DNA from: Planctomycetota bacterium
Lineage (GTDB): Bacteria > Planctomycetota > UBA1135 > UBA2386
Direction of reading: 5' to 3'
DNA: 64,000 nt
Assembly: GCA_965223545.1 (NCBI GenBank)
Contig: OZ245006.1
Location: 5,376,001 to 5,440,000 of the forward strand
The notes beneath the pieces are model-generated. The model did no database searches. It was not told the DNA's origin and saw only the letters and a list, made by a program, of their open reading frames with translations. Positions 37,762 to 46,498 of this stretch are shown here, in pieces. The position numbers were made by a program, and so were the translations under genes. Position 1 is the stretch's first letter. Each line of letters opens with the position of its first letter.

Positions 37762-38979
37762 ATGAACAACCTGTCCCCGTGCCGCGCCCGCTGCGCGCTC
37801 CTTCTTCTCCTGCCGGTCCTGCCGGCGGCCACTGCGCAGGGCGCCGGTGGGCCCGAGTGGCCGCATTGGCGAGGTCCGGATCGAACCGGGATCTCGACCG
37901 AGACCGCGTGGCGTGTCGGTGACGATGTCGTGCCGCTGTGGCAGGCGTCGGTCGGCATCGGTTACTCGACCGTGTCGATCGCCGATGGGCTCCTGTTCAC
38001 TCAGGGTCACGAGGTCGAGGGCGAACAAGACACGATCTACTGTCTGGACGCGTTGACTGGCGAGGAGCGTTGGTCGCACACGTTTCCCGCCAAGACCATG
38101 GCCAAGTACCATCGCGGTGGTGCGCAGTCGACGCCGTCCATCGACGGCGAGCGGCTGTTCGCGCTGAACCGTGAGGGCAACTTCTTCTGTTTCAGCACCG
38201 CTGACGGCGAGGTGCGGTGGCACAAGGATTTGCGTGAGGAATACGAGCTGAAGCTGCCGCAGTGGGGGTTCGCCGCATCGCCCGTCGTCTTGCACGACCG
38301 GATCATCGTCAACGTCGGCAAAGTGCTGTCCTTCGATCGCGCCGGGGAGCTGCAGTGGCGCAGTGAAGATCTCGGCGATGCCTACTCGACCCCGGCTCCG
38401 TTCGAGGTCGACGGCGAGCGCCGGCTCGCCGTGTTCAACGGCAGCGGTCTCGCCGTGTTGGACACCGAGACCGGCGCCGTGATCGCCCAGTCGGAGTGGA
38501 AGACGCGCTACGACGTCAACGCGGCCACGCCCGTGCTGATCGGTGATCGGATCTTCATCTCTTCCGGCTACGGCCGCGGTTGCTCGATGCTGGCGTTCGA
38601 CGGCGAGGCGCTGGAGACCCTGTGGGCCAACAGGGAGATGTGCAACCACATGTCGGGGTGTGTCGAGGTCGACGGCCACCTCTACGGCTTCGACGAGGGG
38701 ACCCTCAAGTGCTTGGACCTCGAGGGGAACGTACGCTGGGCCCAGCGCGGCCTGGGCAAAGGGGCGCTGGTGGTCGCGGGTGATCGCTTGGTTGCTTTGA
38801 CGCAACGCGGCGACCTGGTCGTCGCCGACGTCGACCCCGAGGAATACCGCGAGCACGTCCGCCACAAGGTCCTCGAGGGCGGTGTGCAGTGGACGACCCC
38901 AGTGGTCTGCGGCGGGCTGATCTACTGCCGAAACAACGCCGGCATGTTGGTTTGCGTCGACGCCAGGCCGGACGCCTGA
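37762..38979 (+). CDS. PQQ-binding-like beta-propeller repeat protein
   Basis: Signal peptide; WPHWRGP.RTG, STPSID, SPVV, YSTP, TPV, SSGYGRG, WTTPVV. Confidence 0.88.
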   Translation: MNNLSPCRARCALLLLLPVLPAATAQGAGGPEWPHWRGPDRTGISTETAWRVGDDVVPLWQASVGIGYSTVSIADGLLFTQGHEVEGEQDTIYCLDALTGEERWSHTFPAKTMAKYHRGGAQSTPSIDGERLFALNREGNFFCFSTADGEVRWHKDLREEYELKLPQWGFAASPVVLHDRIIVNVGKVLSFDRAGELQWRSEDLGDAYSTPAPFEVDGERRLAVFNGSGLAVLDTETGAVIAQSEWKTRYDVNAATPVLIGDRIFISSGYGRGCSMLAFDGEALETLWANREMCNHMSGCVEVDGHLYGFDEGTLKCLDLEGNVRWAQRGLGKGALVVAGDRLVALTQRGDLVVADVDPEEYREHVRHKVLEGGVQWTTPVVCGGLIYCRNNAGMLVCVDARPDA

Positions 38980-39020
38980 AGCTGAGGAGCCTCCGACGAG
39001 TCGGGCTCTCAGGCGTTTTT
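38972..39020 (+). terminator. Probable intrinsic terminator
   Basis: Nested stem ACGCCTGA…GAGCC…CCGAC-GA-GTCGG…GCTC…TCAGGCGT followed by a T run right after the stop codon. Confidence 0.6.
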
Positions 39021-39068
39021 CGCCCCCCTGCTCCATTCGGCCGCGGCTCGCGCTACCGTGCGCCCAGC

Positions 39069-40238
39069 ATGACCACGTGGCGTCCGACCGCTCTCGTCTC
39101 CCTCTTGCTCCTGCCGGCGGGGCTGACTGCTCAAAGCTACGACGACCTGATGATGGTGCGTGCTCGGCCCGAGCGGTTCGCATCCGTCTTGCAGGTGCGC
39201 GCCGGGGCGCTGGGCTCCCTGGCCGACGATGAGGACACCCAGGTCGGGCTGGAGAACGAGATTGGCTGGGATGGGCACCTCTACTTCCGCACCGGCGGCG
39301 TCGGCGGGCGTGAGGCGGAGCTCAAAGTCTACGCCGGTCGTGACGGGGCCTACCTCAGCGTGCTGGAGGGCACCTTGCTGGGTGGCGAGACCCAGACTCG
39401 GATCGAGCTCAACGCGCGCTACTTCCCGTTCTATCGCGAGGGCTTCTACCGCAGCGGCGACTTCATCCCCACCGGCCGCTACGAGGGCGACGATTGGGGC
39501 GCGGCGGTGTTGTTCGCGCGCGAGGTGCAAGAGGGGTTGCGGATGGAGGTCGGCCCGTTCTTCCGTAGCTACTCCTTCGACCGCAACGATGCCACCGCCG
39601 TCAACTACCTCGAGCCCGACGACTTCACCGCCTACGGAGCCCGACTGTATCTCGAGCACAACATCCTCGAGCTCGATCGACTCACGGGTCGCCCGCGCGT
39701 CGGCTTCATCCTGACGCTGGCCGGAGAGTACGAGAAGAACGACAGCGACCGGCGGTTCGGCACCCAGTCGATCTACGAGAGCACGCTGCCGTCAGGTGTG
39801 TGGCGTGGTCGGGGCCACCTCGAGTGGTACTTCCCGGTGGCGCAGTCGGCGACCTGGGAGGTGCGGGTCGACGGCCAGATCACCGACGACAAGGACCGCG
39901 TGCACAACTTCGACGCGCAGAAGCCGCCTGGTCATCTCTGGGTCGACGGCGAGATCCGCCTGCGCCTGGATCTCGGCAACGCGATCGCGCTGACGCCGTT
40001 CGCCAAGGGCCAGCTGGTGCGCCTACCGGATGAGGCCGGAGTGGGCACCGACCAGGAGACCTTCTTCGGTGGTGGCCTGGACGCCGTCGTCGACTTCGGC
40101 GACATGCTGTCCTTGATTGGCCACTACTCCTACCTCGGCAACGAGAGCCGCCCGCCGGTATCGACCTCCGACGATACGTTCGGTGAGCACCGGTTCTTCG
40201 TCGGCATCGAGGCGCGGTTCGGCGCGCAGCGCCAATAA
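39069..40238 (+). CDS. Putative outer-membrane beta-barrel protein
   Basis: Signal peptide (…LTA-Q); amphipathic beta-strands with aromatic residues throughout; C-terminal strand FFVGIEARF. Confidence 0.6.
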   Translation: MTTWRPTALVSLLLLPAGLTAQSYDDLMMVRARPERFASVLQVRAGALGSLADDEDTQVGLENEIGWDGHLYFRTGGVGGREAELKVYAGRDGAYLSVLEGTLLGGETQTRIELNARYFPFYREGFYRSGDFIPTGRYEGDDWGAAVLFAREVQEGLRMEVGPFFRSYSFDRNDATAVNYLEPDDFTAYGARLYLEHNILELDRLTGRPRVGFILTLAGEYEKNDSDRRFGTQSIYESTLPSGVWRGRGHLEWYFPVAQSATWEVRVDGQITDDKDRVHNFDAQKPPGHLWVDGEIRLRLDLGNAIALTPFAKGQLVRLPDEAGVGTDQETFFGGGLDAVVDFGDMLSLIGHYSYLGNESRPPVSTSDDTFGEHRFFVGIEARFGAQRQ

Positions 40239-40244
40239 GCGCGG

Positions 40245-42473
40245 TCAGTCGTCGCCGCGGGTACTGAAGCGCAAGTCCCCGTCCTCGGGCGCGCCGGGGA
40301 CCCAATCGCTCCACTTGGTGTGGACGACGGCGTTCACGCCGTCGACGTGGGTCGTGCGGTAGAACGGCGCGCGGACGCCGCGCATGTCGCGGTAGTCGGA
40401 GAAGTGCTCGAGGATCGGCACCTCGGTCTTCACGTCGGGCCGGTACACGGAAGTCTCGATCGTGCGGATCAACGCGGACTCGAGATCGATGGTCATACGC
40501 AGCGTCGGTCCACCATTTGGCACGCGCTCGAGCACAGCGGCCTGCCGGTCCTGGATGCGGCGGATCGACACCAGCCGGTAGCGGTCTTCGCCGCGCGCGT
40601 ACTGCGCCAACAGCCAGAGTGGGTGGCGCTCGACTTCGCGCAGGTAGTGCAGGGCCTCGTCTGCCGACAGCGTGACGCGCTGCGCGCCGACGCGTTCGAC
40701 CCGCCGGCCATCCGGCCCCAGGACCGTTTCGATCACGGTGTTGAGCACCCGCCGGCTGATGCGCAACCGGTCCGGCTGGCGAAACCAGATCCGGTCGGCG
40801 GCGCTGGCGCCGGCGTCGCTGACACGCTGGGCCGTGGCGGACCAGCCTTCGAGCACGCGGATGGCGGAGCCGCCGCTCTCGCGCACGGTGGCTTCGAGAA
40901 TCGGCGTCGCTGCTTCGATCTGCGCCGCGATGTCCTCCGGCACGATCGGGGTGGTGGCATCGACGAACGCGCTGGGGAGTGGCGTGACGCCGAGCGGCTC
41001 GACAGCCTCTACCGCCGGCGGTTGCGGTCCGATGCAAAGCAGGGATGCAGTGCTGGGTTGTTTGACGGCGGCGTCGATGTCGAGCGCGGACGGATCCTGA
41101 AGTGCGGCGAGGACGCGCGCGAGGTCGGGCGGTGGTGCACCGACCAGGGCCGGCGCGACGACCCGGTCGGCCCACGAGCGCGGCGAGGCTTCGTCGTGCT
41201 GCAACCGCAGGATCGCGCGCCGCGCTGCCGTCTGCAGCTCGATCCCGCGCGGCGGTTGGCTGACGAGCGAGGCCCAGCTGTCGCGGTACGCCCGCCACAG
41301 GACGTCCGCCGGCACCGCCGCGTCGGTGTGCAGGAGGAGGAAGTCGTCGACACCATCGCTCAAGATCTCGCTGTGCAGGCCGAGGCGCTCGACCCCGGCC
41401 CGGGCCAAGCTGGCCGCCAGCCGGCCGCCGACGCCGTCGAGAGTGATGCAGGCGTGCAGCGCGAAGCGGGCGGCGGCGAGTGGCTCGATGACCTGGGGCA
41501 AGCGAAGCAAGACCCCGGCCCGCGCGGCGTCGCTCTCGGTCCAGTACGCCGCCGCGGGTGGCCGCGGAGCCAGCGGCGCAACCGCTCCGCTGGCCGCCGC
41601 CCACGGTTCGAGCAGCGTGCCGGCCTGCCCGAGTGCGTCGCCGGCTTCGCCCTCTGGCAGCCAGAGTGCCAGGACTGCTCCACCGGCGTTGAACGTCCGC
41701 CGCTGGTAGTCGAAGACCTGGGCGGCCGCGACGTCCTCGATCTCGTGGATCAGCCCGCGGCCGTCGGCGTTCGTCGAGCGCAGCACGACGTCGGCCAGCG
41801 CCGCTGCATCGTGTCGCCGGTTTGCCCGGCGAAGGTCCGCGGCGATGCGCGCGCGGACGCGATCGAGCGCGATGGTCGCCGTGGGCGGCGACTGCAGGCT
41901 GCGGCGCAGCTCCGTCAACCCGGCTCGCCACTGCGACGACGGCAGCATCAGGTCGAACATCGTGGCGCGCGCCTGCGCGTGGACGAGGATCTCTCCGCCC
42001 AACGCGCGGATCCGCGCCGCCAAGCTCGGCAGGCCGGCGTCGACCCCCGGCAGCTCGGCGAGGGCGTGGGCGGCCAGCAGGGCCGTGCCCGGCGTGTCGC
42101 GGGCTTCGGTGCGCATCGCCAGCCGGACGAACGCGGTCGCAGGGACGGCGTGGCCGGTGGCCGCGATGCGCGCGATGCCGATCATGCCTCCGGGCAGCAA
42201 CCGGACCGCGAGCGGTGGTGTGGCGCTGGCGGCCTCCGGTTCTTGTTCGGTGCCGAACTGGATCTCGGCGTGCTCGGCTGGCGGCGCGGCCGGGCCCTCG
42301 GGTTCGTCGGGAGACGGACTCGGCGGGGGCTCCGAGTCGACGGACTCGATCTCCTGGCTCAGCGGTGCGGACCAGCAGCCGAGCGCGGCGACCGTCACCA
42401 GCGAAGCCGCCGCCGAGACCGACCAGCCCGCGGGCGGACGGCGGCGACCGGATTGCGCCGGATGCGCCGTCAT
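40245..42473 (-). CDS. M16 peptidase-like (insulinase fold) protein lacking HxxEH, with C-terminal LolA-like beta domain
   Basis: LPGGM, PGTA, LGG.I patterns of the M16 fold; C-terminal FSDYR..GV..PF domain; ATGA overlap with upstream gene. Confidence 0.55.
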   Translation of the reverse strand: MTAHPAQSGRRRPPAGWSVSAAASLVTVAALGCWSAPLSQEIESVDSEPPPSPSPDEPEGPAAPPAEHAEIQFGTEQEPEAASATPPLAVRLLPGGMIGIARIAATGHAVPATAFVRLAMRTEARDTPGTALLAAHALAELPGVDAGLPSLAARIRALGGEILVHAQARATMFDLMLPSSQWRAGLTELRRSLQSPPTATIALDRVRARIAADLRRANRRHDAAALADVVLRSTNADGRGLIHEIEDVAAAQVFDYQRRTFNAGGAVLALWLPEGEAGDALGQAGTLLEPWAAASGAVAPLAPRPPAAAYWTESDAARAGVLLRLPQVIEPLAAARFALHACITLDGVGGRLAASLARAGVERLGLHSEILSDGVDDFLLLHTDAAVPADVLWRAYRDSWASLVSQPPRGIELQTAARRAILRLQHDEASPRSWADRVVAPALVGAPPPDLARVLAALQDPSALDIDAAVKQPSTASLLCIGPQPPAVEAVEPLGVTPLPSAFVDATTPIVPEDIAAQIEAATPILEATVRESGGSAIRVLEGWSATAQRVSDAGASAADRIWFRQPDRLRISRRVLNTVIETVLGPDGRRVERVGAQRVTLSADEALHYLREVERHPLWLLAQYARGEDRYRLVSIRRIQDRQAAVLERVPNGGPTLRMTIDLESALIRTIETSVYRPDVKTEVPILEHFSDYRDMRGVRAPFYRTTHVDGVNAVVHTKWSDWVPGAPEDGDLRFSTRGDD

Positions 42474-43912
42474 CTCGAAGCCCTCGGCCGCGTGACGATC
42501 ACGCGCCGCCGGTTCTGCAGAACTCGGGTGGCGAGGCGGCCGACTTGTTCGGCCTTGACCGGGGCCGGCGCGCGCAACACGTCGGCGACCGGCCGGCCGA
42601 GCAGTCCGCACTCGAGCGCCACTCGGCGCGCCAGGTCCGGCGCGCCGACTTCGCCGGCGACCCGGCGTGACCGGGCGTGTGCCACCGCGGCCGTCACCTC
42701 GTCCTCACCGCAGGGACGTTCGATCACCAACGCCAGTGCCGCGTCGACGTCGCGCAGCAGCTGGCCCTCGGAGGCGGTCGGGTCTTCGACCTCGATGAGC
42801 AGCAGGTGGCCGCGCCGGTCGGGGAAGGGGCCGCGCACGCGCACCGCCGCCCCGGGGCGACCAACCTCGCGCAGCGCAGCCGGCAGCCCGCCCGCGTCGG
42901 CGCCGAGCCATTCGACCAGGGTCTCGACGACCTCGTCCCGCACCGATGCGGGGACGAAGTAGCCCAGGCCGACGATCTCGGTCGGGCCGGCCGGGAGCGA
43001 GGCCCGGCGCTCGCCGCTCGCCGGCGGCGGTGGGGCGGCCGTGGAGACGTCGATGGCGAGCATTTTCGTGCTGTCGAACGTCGCTTGCAGCGCGGCCGCA
43101 GCGCGGTCTGGATCGAACCCTCCGACCAGCACGTGCAGCGTCCGCGTCGGGTGCTGGGTGCGCACCCACTGCCGCAGCGCTTGGGTGAACTGCAGAGGGT
43201 CGGCCTGTTGTGGGATCGCGCGCGCGCGCGCGAGCCGGTGCGTCGTGTACGCGAGGCCCAGGATCTCGCGCCGGACGTCGCCGCCGGCCACTCGCCCGCG
43301 CGCGGCGTCGAGCTCGGCGCGGACCTGGCGAAACGCGGGATGCAGCCCGCGGATCAGCTGCGCCTCGCGGCGCTCGACCAACAAGGCGCCGACCGCGGCG
43401 ATGCCGTCGCTCGCGGTGGTGATCGCGAGCAGCGAACCGGCGTCGGTCTCGTACAGTGCGGGTCCGAGTGCCGGCACCGCGCGCAGGCGGGCGCGCCAGT
43501 GCGTGGGGTCGAACAGGGCGGCTGCCTTGGCGCGGGCGTCCGCCAGCTGTGTCGCGGCCGACTCGGGCAGGGAGAGGTTGCGCGCCGCGGCGAGGTCGAA
43601 ACCCCGCTCGGCGAACTCCAACAGCGACAGCGCCTTGCGCTCGGCGTCGGCATCGAGCGAGCTGGCGATCGAGGTTCCGGCGAGCGAGGCGCGCACCAGG
43701 GCGGCGCTGAGCCCCTCGAGGCCGGCGGGGTCTTCGGCGGTGCCGCCGGGGCTGGCGACCACCCAGTGCACGATCGGCGGCCCGTCGCGTGGCAGCAGTA
43801 GGAAACGGCTGCCGTCCGGCGCGCGGACCTCGCGCGGTGTCGCCGTCGGCTGTTGGGCGGTCAGCGCCCAGGTGGTGAGGACGCACGCGAACGCGGTCGT
43901 CAGCACGCGCAT
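42470..43912 (-). CDS. Insulinase (M16) family protein, zinc motif degenerate
   Basis: Signal peptide; DG.RFLLLPR…P.V…GG.AEDP.G..GL…GT; LVGGFDP; HxxEH position reads AALVR. Confidence 0.65.
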   Translation of the reverse strand: MRVLTTAFACVLTTWALTAQQPTATPREVRAPDGSRFLLLPRDGPPIVHWVVASPGGTAEDPAGLEGLSAALVRASLAGTSIASSLDADAERKALSLLEFAERGFDLAAARNLSLPESAATQLADARAKAAALFDPTHWRARLRAVPALGPALYETDAGSLLAITTASDGIAAVGALLVERREAQLIRGLHPAFRQVRAELDAARGRVAGGDVRREILGLAYTTHRLARARAIPQQADPLQFTQALRQWVRTQHPTRTLHVLVGGFDPDRAAAALQATFDSTKMLAIDVSTAAPPPPASGERRASLPAGPTEIVGLGYFVPASVRDEVVETLVEWLGADAGGLPAALREVGRPGAAVRVRGPFPDRRGHLLLIEVEDPTASEGQLLRDVDAALALVIERPCGEDEVTAAVAHARSRRVAGEVGAPDLARRVALECGLLGRPVADVLRAPAPVKAEQVGRLATRVLQNRRRVIVTRPRASR

Positions 43913-44733
43913 CAGTCGCCCGATTCCTGCAGCTCGGGTTCGCCGGGGTCACTCCGGCCCCGCGCCATCAGCACGCCCCGGCGCGAGCCGTCCAAGAAGG
44001 CGAGGATCTCGTCGACGCGGGGATGGCCACCGAGTTCACGGCGCACGCGCGCCACGCGCGCGGCGAATGCCTCCGGCCGCCAGAACAGCAGGCGGTAGGT
44101 CCGCTTGATGGTCGCCACCTCGTCCTGGTCGAGCCCGGCGCGGCGCATACCGACCAGGTTGACGCCGCGGATCCGCGCGCGATCGCCCTGCACCAGGGCG
44201 TAGGGGGGCGCGTCGCGGGGCACCATGGCGCCGGCGCCGAGCATCGCCAGGCGACCGACGCGCGCGAATTGGTGCAGGCCGACCATGGCGCCGATCACCG
44301 CGTGGTCGGCGATGCTGGTGTGGCCCGCGGCCATCGCGCTGTTGGTCATCGTGACGTGATTGCCCAGGCTCGCGTCGTGCGCCACGTGGGCGCCGGCGAG
44401 GAGGAGGTTGGACTCACCCAGCTCGGTGATGCCACGGCCGGCGCGGGAGCCGACGTTGACGGTGACCGACTCGCGAAACCGGTTGTGCGCGCCGATGCGC
44501 AGCCGGCCCTCGAAGTCGCTGTCGCGGTGCTGGGCCGAAGTGCCGATCACACTGTGTGGCCAAAACTGGCAGTCGTCGCCGACGTGCGTGTCGCCGTCGA
44601 TCACGACGTGCGAGTGCAGCACACAGCCAGCGGCGAGGCGGACCCTGGGACCGACGAAGCAGTGCGGTCCGACGACGACGTCGTCGGCGAGCTCCGCCCC
44701 TGCGGCGATGACTGCTGTCGGGTGGACGTCCAT
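43912..44733 (-). CDS. lpxA: Acyl-ACP--UDP-N-acetylglucosamine O-acyltransferase
   Basis: VHPTAVI, hexapeptide repeats, RE.VTV, HVAHD, AGH, HQF.RVG, GVNLVGMRR. Confidence 0.93.
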   Translation of the reverse strand: MDVHPTAVIAAGAELADDVVVGPHCFVGPRVRLAAGCVLHSHVVIDGDTHVGDDCQFWPHSVIGTSAQHRDSDFEGRLRIGAHNRFRESVTVNVGSRAGRGITELGESNLLLAGAHVAHDASLGNHVTMTNSAMAAGHTSIADHAVIGAMVGLHQFARVGRLAMLGAGAMVPRDAPPYALVQGDRARIRGVNLVGMRRAGLDQDEVATIKRTYRLLFWRPEAFAARVARVRRELGGHPRVDEILAFLDGSRRGVLMARGRSDPGEPELQESGD

Positions 44734-44869
44734 GGCTGCGCCGGTGCCCCGGCATTGTGCTCCCGGGTCCGCCCGCCGGCAAGGCTTCGTCCAGCGCAGA
44801 CAAGCACTTCCGGCGATTGCGTCGAGACGATCGGAAGCCGCGCGAAGCGGCGCTAAGGTGTCCGTCAAC

Positions 44870-45550
44870 ATGGCGTTGATCCAGTACGTCATCGTCGGCC
44901 ACGCGGCGGCCGGGGGCGGGATCGTGACCCGCATGCTCCGCGGCCACCCCGGCGTGGTCGCGTGTGGTCCGCTGTTCGGGTCGGGCGCCGGCGCGGAGCT
45001 CGATGTGCCGCTGCCCGCCCTGGCCGAGGACTCCGTGCTGGCGGACCGGCGTTGGTCGGATCCGGTCGATTTCCTCCGCGAGCTCGAGCAGCGCCTGCCC
45101 GAGGCGGTCGTCGGCTTCGAGCTGCCGGACATCCACGCGGTGAGGGGCGCCGACGTCGTCGAGTTCTTGGCGGTCGAGCGCCGGCCGCGCGTCATCGAAG
45201 TCACGCGGCAGAACCTGCTGTGCCGCTTCGCGGCGAGCCAGGGCGCGCGCGCCGCCGCGCCGATCGAGCTCGAGTTCGCCGCGTGCGTGCACGACTTCCT
45301 CTGGACGCGGAGCTGCCGGCAGCGCATCGCCGACGCCCTCGCCGCGCTGCCGACGCTGTCGTTGACCTTCGAGGCCTTGCTCTCCGACTCGGAGACCTGC
45401 GCTCTCGCGGTGCAGGAGCACCTCGACCTCGCGCCCCATTCCCTACCGCTTCCCACCGAGGCGACCGACGACCCGGCCTCCGCGATGGTGACCAACAGCG
45501 CCGCCCTGCGGCGGCGGTTCGAGGACTGGCTCACGCAACTCGAGCGCTAG
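44870..45550 (+). CDS. Degenerate Stf0/LpsS-like sulfotransferase homolog
   Basis: L..HPGV…G.LF, VVGF, RVI.V.R.N…..S, L.FE.L pattern parallel to the neighbouring gene; 5'-PSB loop degenerate (GHAAAGGG). Confidence 0.55.
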   Translation: MALIQYVIVGHAAAGGGIVTRMLRGHPGVVACGPLFGSGAGAELDVPLPALAEDSVLADRRWSDPVDFLRELEQRLPEAVVGFELPDIHAVRGADVVEFLAVERRPRVIEVTRQNLLCRFAASQGARAAAPIELEFAACVHDFLWTRSCRQRIADALAALPTLSLTFEALLSDSETCALAVQEHLDLAPHSLPLPTEATDDPASAMVTNSAALRRRFEDWLTQLER

Positions 45551-45577
45551 CGCACGTACGGAGCCAGGCTCCCGTTC
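45547..45577 (+). repeat. Diverged copy of dispersed REP-like element
   Basis: CTAGCGCACGTACGGAGCCAGGCTCC; retains GTAC + GGAGCC-A-GGCTCC palindrome; between convergent genes. Confidence 0.65.
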
Positions 45578-45596
45578 ATCACCTCGCCTCCCGCGC

Positions 45597-46343
45597 CTAT
45601 CCGCAGTCGTCGATCCACCGCCGCAGATCGGCGCACAGCGCATCGAAGTTGGCCACCGAATCCCGCATCGCCGTGGTCCCGGTCTTCTTGTAGCGCACTT
45701 GGCCGGCCACCGGTGGCAGGTCGAGAAACCGGCAGACGTCGAGCGAGGCCGCGGCGGGGTCGCTGGCGATGTCCTCGTACCAGAGCGTGATCTTGCGATG
45801 GCCGGAGAAGGCCGCGTCGTACTTCTCCACCCAGGCCTCGAGCTGGACCAAGTCCGCGGCCAACTGGTCGATGGTGATCTCCACGCGCGGGGCCGGGCCC
45901 GTCCGGGGCGCGTCCTTGGCGCGCTGCCACTCCCCGGTGTCGACCGCTCGCCGGTAGCTGACCACCTGGTGCACCGGTTGGCGCCGGCGCAAGTGGATCA
46001 CCCGGGCGTCTCGGTTCGCGAGCAGGTGCTCGCGCGCCGCCGGCCACTGGTCGAGATGCCGGTAGAACACCTTGTAGCCGACGACCGCGGTCGCGCCCTG
46101 CTCGGCCGCGCGCTCCGCCAACCGTTGCAAGAACGCGCCGGGATCACGCTGCCGCAGGGCCAACAGCTCGCCGTCGTGCTGCAGCCCGGGAAACGGGATC
46201 TCGTTGTCCGCGACGCACGTCTGGTTGAACAGCTCCCCACCGACCTGCGCGCCGGGCTGCGAGTCGATGAGGCCGACGAGCAGGTTGGAACCGGTGCGCT
46301 CCGAGCTGAGGATGACGGTGATCGTCGGCTGCGGCGCGCTCAT
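45597..46343 (-). CDS. Stf0/LpsS-family sulfotransferase
   Basis: SSERTGSNLL PAPS 5'-PSB loop, GELFN, VGYK, VIHLRR…QVVS, YEDI, FL. Confidence 0.8.
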   Translation of the reverse strand: MSAPQPTITVILSSERTGSNLLVGLIDSQPGAQVGGELFNQTCVADNEIPFPGLQHDGELLALRQRDPGAFLQRLAERAAEQGATAVVGYKVFYRHLDQWPAAREHLLANRDARVIHLRRRQPVHQVVSYRRAVDTGEWQRAKDAPRTGPAPRVEITIDQLAADLVQLEAWVEKYDAAFSGHRKITLWYEDIASDPAAASLDVCRFLDLPPVAGQVRYKKTGTTAMRDSVANFDALCADLRRWIDDCG

Positions 46344-46498
46344 GCCGCCGCCAGCATACCGCCCGCGGCATTCGCCGGCACCGACCGACAACGAGGCAGG
46401 ACAAGGCGCCAACCGCTCGCTACACTTCGCAGCCGCTCGTCGGAGCCGACCGCCGTCTTGCGGAAGGCGCCGGGTCCCCGTCGCAGAAGAATCGGTTC

